Below, one piece after another: positions 38,956 through 50,195 of a DNA stretch of 64,000 bases. The position numbers were made by a program, and so were the translations under genes. The stretch is taken from assembly GCF_006345805.1 (NCBI RefSeq), contig NC_043004.1:58528001-58592000 (forward strand), given 5' to 3'. Positions within the stretch are counted from its first letter, which is position 1. Each line of letters opens with the position of its first letter. Source of the stretch: Octopus sinensis (taxonomy: Eukaryota). The notes beneath the pieces are model-generated. The model did no database searches and was not told the DNA's origin. It saw only the letters and a program-made list of their open reading frames with translations.

Positions 38956-39480
38956 AACTCAGGTTTTGTTGGAACTCCTGGAGTCTTGCATGTAGAGTGA
39001 GCTTGCTACGTGTAGCCTACAATATCATGTTATCAGTTCTTTTCAGTTACCTAATACCCAATACTTTTCTGATGATTCTGGTTATACCAAAGAGGCAAAC
39101 CTTTTGTAACAGTTCTATTGGGCGCTCTATTCCAATTCCCTTTACATTCCTCTTGATGCTTTCTGATATTGTCCTCTGGGATCCAACAATAATTGGCAAT
39201 ATCTCCACCTTCTTCATTTTCCATTGTTAGGCTGTCTTGTTTTAAAGATTTTTGTATATTTTTATTTTTTTGCCTTCCTTCTTAATTATGCATGGGTCAA
39301 AGGGCCAAGCAACATCAATTATATAACACATGTATTTTACCTTGTCCACCACCACTAGGTCTGGTTTATTGTGCTCTAGTACACGGACTGCTTGGACTGG
39401 GAAATCCCACAGGATTTTGTAGGGCTCTGACTGCACCAGTCTCTTCAGTTTGTGCTCATACTATGTCTTGCTTCTCTCTA
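38956..39480 (-). pseudogene. R4/Dong-clade LINE 3' end with restriction-endonuclease-like domain and (TAA)n tail
   Basis: ORF 39242-39436: KILWDFPVQAVRVLEHNKPDLVVVDKVKYMCYIIDVAWPFD...KYKNL-like (PD...D motif); continues QWKMKKVEILPIIVG...LQKVCLFGITRIIRKVL; ends at the (TTA)n array 38885-38955. Confidence 0.85.
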
Positions 39481-39498
39481 GACCCCACTTTTTATATA

Positions 39499-40391
39499 CA
39501 GTGATCCCTTGTTTATTGCGGTAGATTGATTACGAGACCAGCTGTGATAACTGAATTTCCGCGAAGTAGGGACACCATATTTACAGTGTTTATTTAACAT
39601 GTATTTGGACTTTTAAAACCCTCCCTGTACTGTCAACAACCCATCCTTTACAGTAGTCTATTGATAACAAGGACAACTGTTAAGCAATAACACTTTAGAT
39701 TTTAAAAAATAAAGATTGTTACTATTACGCAGACAAGATTACAAAATACAAAGCTGTGATTCGTCATCTCTCTCCAATGCACCAATCACAGCCCGTCTTA
39801 AGTTCAAATACCCCCGTATACGTTTTTTTGCTATTTTACGCTTGTTTTTTCCTGGACTAGGAAATAATTTTTATTATTAATATTTTATTGGATTTAATGA
39901 AAAATTTTAGGTGTTCATATATATCTTTATATATAAAAGTGAGGTTGTGTGCTTGTCTGTCTCCTACGATTTAGATTCCTAACTACTCCCACATTTTGCG
40001 GTGCATTTTAACCAAAACCGGGCATCTTATAGTCGTGATTCATATCGAGCCCTTCTGGGTATTAGCGCGCGTCTATGATGAGTCTACGATTTAAAAAAAA
40101 ATTTACCATCAACTTTTTCCCATTTTTAATGCATTTTTGGCATATATAAGGGAAGTAGCTCTCTAAAAATGTATTATTAAATCTCAGAACGTAAAAAGCT
40201 ACAGTAACACCCCCACCCTTTGTGGTTAGCCATATTGAGATGGCTATTATACTTTACATCTCTAAAAATGCTTATATAGTTATTTCCCTTACAAACCCGA
40301 GCAACGCTGGGTGATACTGCTAGTATATTTTAAAAATCCACGAAGTCATGAATCCGTGATAGTTGAACCACAAAGTAGCGAGGGATCACGG
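39499..40391. mobile_element. pogo/Tigger-like MITE containing a Helitron
   Basis: Left end ta|cagtgatcccttgtttattgcgg; right end gtagcgagggatcacgg (reverse complement ccgtgatccctcgctac). Confidence 0.65.
39924..40323 (+). mobile_element. Helitron family H1, long form (400 bp)
   Basis: A|TCtttatatataaaagtgagg...cccgagcaacgctggg...tactgCTAG|T. Confidence 0.9.
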
Positions 40392-40797
40392 TTGTTTCCA
40401 GTGTATCACTTTCACTGTTTCTTTGTGTCACCACAACTTATAATGATTTGGGGCAAGTATAGGACATTCATTCCCAATATTTGCAATGGTTTTGTCAACT
40501 CTATCACAGATTTAGCACAGTGGAGACACTTGCTCATTCCTAAGGATGACTCTCCAATTTATGACCAAAGCTTAGTCTTGCGTTGCCAGTTTGGTGTTCT
40601 CAGTTTTTTTTTTCAGTGTTCCTTTCTTCAAACTTAGATTTTCCAGCAACTTCAGTTGTTGCTACATGGAATTGATTGAGTAGTCCCTTGTTGCATAGTG
40701 TTTCTTCATGTCCTTTTAGTACTTCTTATTTTGTTGTAGCAGAGGTGGTACCATGGCCAATGAGATGTATCCAAGGCATAGTTATTGCTAGCAGAAA

Positions 40798-40873
40798 ATT
40801 ATTATTATTATTATTATAATTATTATTATTATTATTATTATTATCATTATTATTATTATCATTATTATTATTA

Positions 40874-40919
<46 letters not shown>

Positions 40920-41045
40920 CATCACCATCATCATTATCATTATCATTATCATTATTATCATTATTGAATGAGAGAGCCGTTTATGCCATCAAAGTGACAC
41001 TGGGGTAAAATTATTATTATTATCATTATTATTGTTATTATTATA

Positions 41046-41095
<50 letters not shown>

Positions 41096-41103
41096 CATCA
41101 TCA

Positions 41104-41165
<62 letters not shown>
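40798..41165. repeat. (TTA)n/(TCA)n arrays with an embedded 45-bp family-T tail (40965-41009)
   Basis: Directly visible; ttgaatgagagagccgtttatgccatcaaagtgacactggggtaaaa matches the start of 41478. Confidence 0.9.
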
Positions 41166-41167
<2 letters not shown>

Positions 41168-41378
41168 GGCAGTGAGCTGGTAGAATTGTTAGCACACTGA
41201 GTGCAATGCTTAGCGAAATTTTGCCTGTCTTCATGTTCTAAGGTGTGAGGATATTATTATTGCCTTTTATCCTTTCGGGGTCAATAAAATAAGTACCAGT
41301 TGAGTACTGGGGTGGGGTCAATGCAATCGACTATCCCCTTCCCCCAAAAGCTTCAGGCCATGTGCTTATAGCAGAAAG
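41165..41378 (+). mobile_element. SINE family B, tail type 2, inside a TTA array
   Basis: aaggcagtgagctggtagaattgttagc...caggccatgtgcttatagcagaaagaa. Confidence 0.75.
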
Positions 41379-41402
41379 AATTATTATTATTACTATTATT
41401 AC

Positions 41403-41456
<54 letters not shown>

Positions 41457-41477
41457 CATCATCATTATTATTATTAT

Positions 41478-42017
41478 TGAGTAAGAGAGCAGTGCATGCC
41501 ATCAAAGTGACACTGGGGTAAAATATACGAAGCCCAGTATACCCATCATGACTACCCGTCTGATAAGGGTACACTAGGCACATGCATCACAACCATATGT
41601 GCGCGACATGGTAATCTCATATCAAGATAAACAGCACATGACCTTGCAGGTGGGGCCCAGTTAGAATTTTCTTCAGGTCGAGTAACCCATCCCACTCGAA
41701 AGGTCCCTGAATAAGGGTTGTTTAAGGATGTTGAACGAAACACCCATGTTTCCAGAGGTGAATTATTCAAACCCCAAAGAATCCCTCTCAACACACGGCT
41801 ATGATGCTCCCCCACTACTTCTGCTCATGATCAGAGATGCACATATCGTCAGCCATTAAGGGACATGCTCAACTGGTTAAGCTCAAACAACTGACAAACA
41901 AATCTGTGGTATTGAGCAGAATATTTGCTGTAGCCTATCTTTTATACCAAGACAAAACAATGTACATGATAACACTTCCAATCAGTTAAGATCAGAAGCC
42001 ATGAGAGCCTCTGCCTG
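41478..42017 (-). mobile_element. Family T retroposon, full copy flanked by (TTA)n on both sides
   Basis: Aligns end to end with 18827-19336; TTA arrays at 41380-41477 and 42018-42062. Confidence 0.8.
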
Positions 42018-42022
42018 TATTA

Positions 42023-42063
<41 letters not shown>

Positions 42064-42504
42064 TAGTTTCTCAACATTCTCAGGTATGGTTATCACTGAC
42101 ACATTAGATACTTTTTCTTTATTTCATGACACAACATATCTTTTCTTTTACTATATCTAGTTAGACAACAAAATTTAAAACTAAATTTTTACTAAATATC
42201 ATACAAGTTTGTTTGCAAGTGCATTTAGTTAAACAAAAACTTTTGATTTAATAAAACATTTATTAAATCTATAAAAAATTTGGTTTATTTTAAACTACGA
42301 TTAGATGTCTTTGCTTTCTTTTCTTACTCTTTTCCAGTAGTTCCATATTTTACTTGTACCAATCAATATTCTTTAGTGTTAAATTATGTGAAACACACAT
42401 AATTTTCATTTTCATTTAAATAGAATTTTCCTTGAACATATTAGCATTCTTACAGTTATATAATGTATACCATTATATATTTTGTATTTTTTTTAAAGTG
42501 TGTA

Positions 42505-42674
42505 TAGGTGCAATAGTGGCTGTGTGGTAAGTAGCTTGCTTATGAACTACATGGTTCCGGGTTCAGTCCCACTGTGTGGCAGCTTTGGCAAGTGTCTTCT
42601 ACTATAGCCTCGAGCTGACCAAAGCCTTGTGAGTGGATTTGGTAGACGGAAATTGAAAGAAGCCCGTCATAAAT

Positions 42675-42759
<85 letters not shown>

Positions 42760-42980
42760 TGTGTATTTGTTTGTGTGTCTGTGTTTGTCCCTCCAACATC
42801 GCTTGACAACCAATGCTGGTGTGTTTACGTTCCCGTAACTTAGCGGTTCGGTAAAAGAGACCGATAGAATAAGTACTGGGCATCCAAAGAATAAGTCCTG
42901 GGGTCGATTTGCTTGACTAAAAGGCGGTGCTTCAGCATGGCCACAGTCAAATGACTGAAACAAGTAAAAGAGTAAAAGTG
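42505..42980 (+). mobile_element. SINE family A with long internal (TA)(TG) array
   Basis: Diagnostic head, body and tail. Confidence 0.9.
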
Positions 42981-43617
42981 TAATAATGTTCTGACAAGCT
43001 TCACTTCCTTTCAGATAATTTTATAAACAATTGATTCACTTGCAATAAATACTGTTAGTATAAACAACATTTAGTTTAGGGGGTCTTATTTCAATAGAAA
43101 TTTAATTTGAGCTAACTTACATATTGTTTATTTTGCACACATATCTAAAATTGTTTTTGATAGAACAACCAAAATGTTTGTAATTATCCAAATATTATAT
43201 GACATAGAAAACAGTGATTTTTATTGCTTGTTTCTTTTTAGACTTTGAGAGGTGGGGGTTGTTTAGATTTTTTTTTTTTTTGCATTCTTTAAGCCTTGGC
43301 GTACTGCAGTATCAGATTACAAGAGCTAAGATAACAAATTCATTTCTGCCTTATTGCTAGGGTTTCTACAACCATACAAGTAGTTAGTTCAGTTATTGAC
43401 TTAGATTCTAAATATTTATCTCCATTTAAGCATTCATATAAGGTAATATGCTCACAAAAATAATAATATCCTCACAAAACATTGCTATTTTTATCTTCAA
43501 AGCTAATATATTTATGACTTTATATGTATTGCTTTAAGTAGATGAAGGTATCACTGTGACGTTTAGAAGTACGTTTCACAAACATGTTTCCAGGTTCAAT
43601 CCTGTGAAGAAAAACCT

Positions 43618-44142
43618 TGGGTTGGTATCTGGTACCTATTTCTTTACTACCCACAAGGGGCTACACACAGAGGGGACAAACAAGGACAGACAAATGGATT
43701 AAGTCGATTATATCGACCCCAGTGCGTAACTGGTACTTAATTTATCGACCCCGAAAGGATGAAAGGCAAAGTCGACCTCGGCGGAATTTGAACTCAAAAC
43801 GTAGCGGCAGACAAAATACGGTTACGCATTTCGCCCGGCGTGCTAACATTTCTGCCAGCTCGCCACCTTATGGGTTGGTATCTGGTACCTATTTCTTTAC
43901 TACCCACAAGGGGCTACACACAGAGGGGACAAACAAGGACAGACAAATGGATTAAGTCGATTATATCGACCCCAGTGCGTAACTGGTACTTAATTTATCG
44001 ACCCCGAAAGGATGAAAGGCAAAGTCGACCTCGGCGGAATTTGAACTCAAAACGTAGCGGCAGACAAAATACGGTTACGCATTTCGCCCGGCGTGCTAAC
44101 ATTTCTGCCAGCTCGCCACCTTATGGGTTGGTATCTGGTACC
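43618..44142 (-). mobile_element. Exact tandem dimer of SINE family B: TSD-SINE-TSD-SINE-TSD (253-bp period)
   Basis: tgggttggtatctggtacc at 43618, 43871 and 44124; the two SINE copies look identical (the ORF track gives identical peptides). Confidence 0.95.
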
Positions 44143-44350
44143 ACAATAGCCTCATTTCAAAGAAAGGCATTAGCAGTGAAGTTTGATAGATGATAACTAT
44201 GTGAAAGAATGCTCTTTTTCACTTACTCTTTCTCCCTCTCTCCTCGCTCTCTCTCTCCCCAAATAATATATATATATATATACACTCACATGCACATATG
44301 CATACATACACGTATATGTATATGAGCATATGGTGATGTACATGGATGCA

Positions 44351-44387
<37 letters not shown>

Positions 44388-44674
44388 TATACAACAACAC
44401 TCACTCACAAATTCACACACATATATGTGTGTGTGTGCGAACATTTTATAGATGTGGGCATAGGTGTGTGACTAAAAAGTTCACTTTAGAACTACATGGT
44501 TTCAAGTTCAATCCCACTACATGGCACTATAGGCAGGTTTCTCCTACTGTGGCCTCAAGCTGATCTATAGTTTATGTGTGAAATTGGTGGATAGAAACTT
44601 TAAGAAGTCCATCATATATTTATAACACATAGATCTGTGTATCTGTACACACACACATACAAACACACACACAC

Positions 44675-44927
44675 ATTAGACAAAAGGGAATAGCAAATCC
44701 AAATCTGTGAGGAGTTATACTCTTTACTCTTTTACTTGCTTCAGTCATTTGACTGCGGCCATGCTGGAGCACCGTGTTTAGTCGAGCAAATCAACCCCGG
44801 GACTTATTCTTTGTAAGCCCAGTACTTATTCTATCGGTCTCTTGTGCCGAACCGCTAAGTGACGGGGACGTAAACACACCAGCATCAGTTGTCAAGCAAT
44901 GCTAGGGGGACAAACACAGACACACAA

Positions 44928-45022
<95 letters not shown>

Positions 45023-46599
45023 GCATATATATATATATATATATATATGCATATATATATATATATATATGCATATATACGACAGGCTTCTTTCAGTTTC
45101 CGTCTACCAAATCCACTCACAAGGCATTGGTCAGCCCGGGGCTTTAGCAGAAGACACTTGCCCAAGATGCCACGCAGTGGGACTGAACCCGGAACCATGT
45201 GGTTGGTAAGCAAGCTACTTACCACACAGCCACTCCTGCGCCTCAGTTATCAGGACATTTATAAGGAAAAAGATATAGATACAGTCTTACAGCTGTAATG
45301 GATATCCCTTCCTCAGAGACGATGTCAGATGGTTAAACAGAGGTAAATATTTGAGTTTGAAATAAAGAATTATTATAGAAAGGGAAATAAGAAAATGAAA
45401 GTAGAAAAGAAAATATAAAATATATAAAGATATTGTAGTTGCAGTTCCATTATTCAAAGAAAGTGGTGTATAGAAGTGGTAAAAAAGTTTCCTGTACATG
45501 GTATGTAAGTTCCAATAATAGGTCACGTTTAGTTATTTCAAAGTAAGGAGCCGTGGATTGTGTGTTGCTCATTCAAAAGGATCTTGTTGTGTGAATAAAA
45601 ATTTGAGTATGTATTGGTAATATTTGTGGAGAGATGTTTAGAATGAGGAGATAGGTCAAAATGAAAACAGGAAGAGAAAATAAGAGGAAGAAAGAGAGAA
45701 AAAAGAGAGAAAAAAGTGAAAAAAGTGAAAAATGTGAAGAAAGGGTGAAAGCTTCTATGTTCATTAAAGGTCTATTCATAGAAATTTGACATTCTTGTAT
45801 TCTCCCCTTCACTTTAAAATTTACTACTAAAATTACTACTCACTTTGGTAACACCCCACCCATACCTTTACTCTACTCATCCCTTAATACAGCTCTGTCA
45901 TATCACCTCTACTCACACATCTCACACTTATTCACTTCTTACCTTCTCATCTCTCCCTATCCCTCCCCCACTCATCCCCCATCCTTCCCATCACATTATC
46001 TTGACCATCAACTAATACTCCTTTTCTCACTTCTTTCACCCTTTCTTCAATTTTTTCACTCTTTTCACTTTTTTCTCTCTTTCTTCCTCTTATTTTCTCT
46101 TCCTGTTTTCATTTTGACCTATCTCCTCATTCTAAACATCTCTCCACAAATACTACTAATACATACTCTAATTTTCATTCACACAACAAGATCCTTTTGA
46201 ATGAGCAACACACAATCCACAGCTCCTTACTTTGAAATAACTAAACGTGACCTATTATGGGAACTTACATACCATGTACAGGAAACTTTTTTACCACTTC
46301 TATACACTACTTCCCTCAAATAATGGAACTGCATCTACAATATCTTTATATATTATATATTTTTATTTCTACTTTTATTCTCTTATTTCTTTCTATATCC
46401 CCTATCTTGTCCTTTTCCATAATAACTCCTGATTTCAAAGTCAAATATTTACCTCTATTTAACCATCTCACATCATCTCTAATGAAGGGATATCTATAAT
46501 ATTCCTGAAACAGCTGTAAGACTATATCTATATCTTTTTCCTTATAACTGTCCTCAAAACTCCTCACAGCTTTGGCTTTGTTATCTCATTTTGTCTAAT
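44675..46599. repeat. Long inverted repeat: arm 1 44675-45751 (split by a SINE), arm 2 46033-46599, ~280-bp spacer
   Basis: Arm 2 reverse complement attagacaaaa...ctgtgaggag...ataaggaaaaagatatagat...gtttcctgtacatggtatgtaagttcc...gaaagggtgaaag matches arm 1; roughly 85-90% identical by eye. Confidence 0.9.
44719..45243 (-). mobile_element. SINE family A inserted in arm 1 of the inverted repeat
   Basis: Family A reverse complement; short TSD agttat at 44713-44718 and 45245-45250. Confidence 0.9.
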
Positions 46600-46788
46600 A
46601 TATATATATATATGCATGCTAATACAAGACCTACATTAGACTCCACACTCAAATCACTATCAAACCAAGAGTTTAACTATGGTCTGTCCATAGTACTTAC
46701 TTAGCATTATCTGCCAGTCTTTGTGTCTCATAGATACCAATACCCCTCATATATATATATATATATATATATACATACATATACACAC

Positions 46789-46826
<38 letters not shown>

Positions 46827-47976
46827 AGATGTGTGTGTGTGCATTAGTGAATAGAGAATAGAATCAACAGTGCATCGGACAAAATATTTGGCTGTTTCTT
46901 TACATGCTGAATTCAAACTGACTTTACGTTTTACTCATCTGAAATGAATGCAATATATACCAGATAAATTACTGGGATTGATATAATAAACTAAACCCTT
47001 AGGGGTATTTTCCAGGTTAGCCACTGTTCAGTTGATTAATTGAACGATTAATCAAATAATCAACTAGTTAATTGTCAAAATGGTTAACTAATTGACTAAT
47101 TATAATAAAAGAAATGAAATAGAACCAGTGTGTGTGTGTTTATTATTGGCATAATGACCCTCCCAAGATACAACAAAGTCTATTTCAACATACAAATTCC
47201 CACCAATAATCTTGCAAACCAAATGCCAACACAAAACATAAAGTCTAGTTCCTCTAAAAACTTTTAACTGAGAAAGCTTCTATGTTCATTAAAATGTAAT
47301 CAGTTGCTTTTTTATATATATATTATAATTATATATAGAGATTAATGAATATGTTGTCAACAGGCTGATCTTTTTCATATTGTGTGTGAAGAGCTTTATC
47401 CTTTATGGAATCAAAACCTGAACCATGAAGAAGGAACTTCATAATTGCCATGATAGCATAAATGCTTAGTTTCTAATGAAGGCTCAAAATGTGTTCTGAT
47501 GTAAGCACAGGACCTAAGAGGGGATCTACGGACATATTCCACTCATCCTTGCAATTACTAAATGTATTGTGCATCAAGGGTGTATCAGATGTTATATTTC
47601 AGAAACTAGCAAACCTTTATTGAGGACAAAGACTGTTAAGCTAAATTGATATTATGGACAAAGACACACAACATGAAACTAAGAATCTACCAAAGTTAAT
47701 AGGGAGTGGACAGAGACACACAGCATGAAATTAAGGACCTATCAGTGTTAATAGGGAATAGGCAGAGATGTTATTAGCAGTGGCATAGAAATTGAGGACC
47801 TGATAGTAATGAGTGGTTTCTGGCACAGCATAGTATCTCAGTTATTACTGATATATCATAAATCCTCAGAAAATGATAATTCTAGTTACTGAGTTTCACA
47901 AACTAGAGTTTAAACTTACATTGTAAGTAGAATATTCACCACTTCAAAGTGAATGTGGAGTCAGTGCATTCAAATA

Positions 47977-48334
47977 CTGTAATATTTATCAAGAGAGAAA
48001 AGCCCTCAAGTGGTTTTTTGGTGCATAAAAGCACATCATAGCTATTACCAGTGGCAGAAAATCACCACAAATTCTGCTACCAGGACTACCAGATCGCATG
48101 ATTTTGACCCCTTTTGGCTTTGTCAATGATAGTTACCCTGGTGCTGGAAATAGCTGTAACTGTTGTGCTAGCAATATACTTAGAAATACTGGGTCAAATC
48201 AGGTGAAAATCACTTGATTTTGTAGTCCTGGCAGCAAAAGAATTGGTGATTGTTCGCCACTGGTGATAGCTATGATGTGCTTTTATGCACCAAAAAACTA
48301 TACAAGAGATTTTCTCTCTTTGTAAATACCACAG
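47977..48334. mobile_element. Tc1/mariner-type MITE with ~120-bp imperfect TIRs and TA TSD
   Basis: caaaTA|ctgt...ttttttggtgcataaaagcacatcatagctat... / ...atagctatgatgtgcttttatgcaccaaaaaa...acag|TAtttg; the reconstructed empty site caaatatttg is palindromic. Confidence 0.8.
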
Positions 48335-48409
48335 TATTTGTGTGTTCTAATACAACATCCTCTTTTAAGTGGTTAATATTTTAGCTCTTTACAGTAATAC
48401 TGCTTTTGT

Positions 48410-48850
48410 CGAAGGTGGCAAGCTGTCAGAAACATTAGCACGCCGGGTGAAATGCTTAGCGGTATTTTGTCTTTACGTTCTGAGTTCAAATTCTGCCAAG
48501 GTCGACTTTACCTTTTATCCTTTTGGGGTTGATGAATTAAGTACCAATTGTGTACTGGGGTTGATCTAATCGACTGGCCCCCTTCCCAAAAATGTTGGGC
48601 CTTGTGCATAGAATAGAAAAGAATAAGTTAAGGCAGCAAGCTGGCAGAAACGTTAGCATGCCAGGCAAAATGCTTAGCAGTATTTCATCTGTCTTTACAT
48701 TCTGAGTTCAAATTCCAACAAGGGCAACTTTACCTTTCATCCTTTTGGGGGTCGATAAATTAACTACTGGTTGTGTACTGGAGTCGATCTAATCGATTGC
48801 ACCCCACCCTCTCCAAAAATGTTGGGCCTTGTGCCAAGAGTAGAAAAGAA
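48410..48850 (+). mobile_element. Two diverged tandem family-B SINEs (tail type 2)
   Basis: aaggtggcaagctgtcagaaac...agaaaagaat (48410-48625), then aaggcagcaagctggcagaaacg...agaaaagaat (48628-48850). Confidence 0.85.
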
Positions 48851-49013
48851 TATTGCCTCTGCCACTCACTTTATTTTTTATATTAGTATTTATACATCAT
48901 ATGCAATCCCTTTGTAATCTTCTGAAACATATTGAAACTTCTGCCATATATTTACGAGTCCAGTAGGTTTGTTATGAATCTGATACATAGTTTTATAAAG
49001 ATTTTCATCAATA

Positions 49014-49430
49014 TAGGCGCAGGAGTGGCTGTGTGGTAAGTAGCTTGCTAACCAACCACATGGTTCCGGGTTCAGTCCCACTGTGTAGCATCTTGGGCAA
49101 GTGTCTTCTACTATAGCCCCGGGCTGACCAATGCCTTGTGAGTGGATTTGTAGACGGAAACTGAAAGAAGCCTGTCGTATATATGTATATATATATAAGT
49201 GTGTGTGTATATGTTTGTGTGTCTGTGTTTGTCCCCCTAGCATTGCTTGACAACCGATGCTGGTGTGTTTACGTCCCCGTCACTTAGCGGTTCAGCAAAA
49301 GAGACCGATAGAATAAGTACTGGGCTTACAAAGAATAAGTCCCGGGGTCGATTTGCTCGACTAAAGGCGGTGCTCCAGCATGGCCACAGTCAAATGACTG
49401 AAACAAGTAAAAGAGTAAAAGAGTAAAGAG
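49014..49430 (+). mobile_element. SINE family A, full length
   Basis: ataggcgcaggagtggctgtgtgg...gtaaaagagtaaaagagtaaagag. Confidence 0.92.
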
Positions 49431-49801
49431 TAATATACCAATATACTCACTGACCTGTCTCTTGAATTAAGTAAGTCTGAATTATGTTGGTTTTATACTG
49501 GAAGTTACTTTGATGTCTTGGTATAAATGATATAGAAAATCATAGCCATCACTCACATGTAAATATAACCAGGAAGCAAGAACTATGCTTTTATTTATTG
49601 TTTTAGGTGTCCATGTAGTCGTAAGCAGACATAGATATCCTTTTAATCTTCTCATTCTTGATTCAATAATACATCATGGATGTCACAGCTGGAGGGAGAA
49701 AGGACTGCACAAGCACTAAGCTAGTATTCATTCATAACAAGCCCACTGGACTCGTGGCAGAAGTTTCAATATGTTTCAGAAGATTACAAAGGGATTGCAT
49801 A

Positions 49802-50195
49802 TCTTTATATATAAAAGTGAGGTTGTGTGCTGTCTGTCTCCTACGATTTAAATTCCTAACTACTCCCACATTTTGCAGTGCAGTTTAACCCAAACCGGGT
49901 ATCTTATAGTCGTGATTCATATCGAGCCCTTCTGAGTATTAGCACACATCTACGATGAATCTACGATTCTAAAAAATTTACCATCAATTTTCCCCATTTT
50001 TAATGCATTTTTGGCATATTTAAGGGAAGTAACTCTCTAAAAATTTATTATTAAATCTCAGAACGTAAAAAGCTACAGTAACACTCCACCTTTGTGGTTA
50101 GCCATATTGAGATGGCTATTATACTTTACATCTCTAAAAATGCTTATATAGTTATTTCCCTTACAAACCCGAGCAACGCCGGGTGATACTGCTAG
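49802..50195 (+). mobile_element. Helitron family H1, long form (394 bp)
   Basis: A|TCtttatatataaaag...cccgagcaacgccggg...tactgCTAG|T; empty-site equivalent visible in the inverted copy at 48772-48979. Confidence 0.92.

Noticed and set aside
41950-42017. Loose resemblance of the family-T 5' end to the U2 snRNA 5' end
   Set aside because: Only scattered short matches; no branch-point recognition sequence or Sm site.
43618-44142. Three equally spaced 19-bp direct repeats resembling a CRISPR array
   Set aside because: The spacers are 234-bp identical SINE copies in eukaryotic DNA with no cas genes; this is a TSD-sharing SINE dimer.
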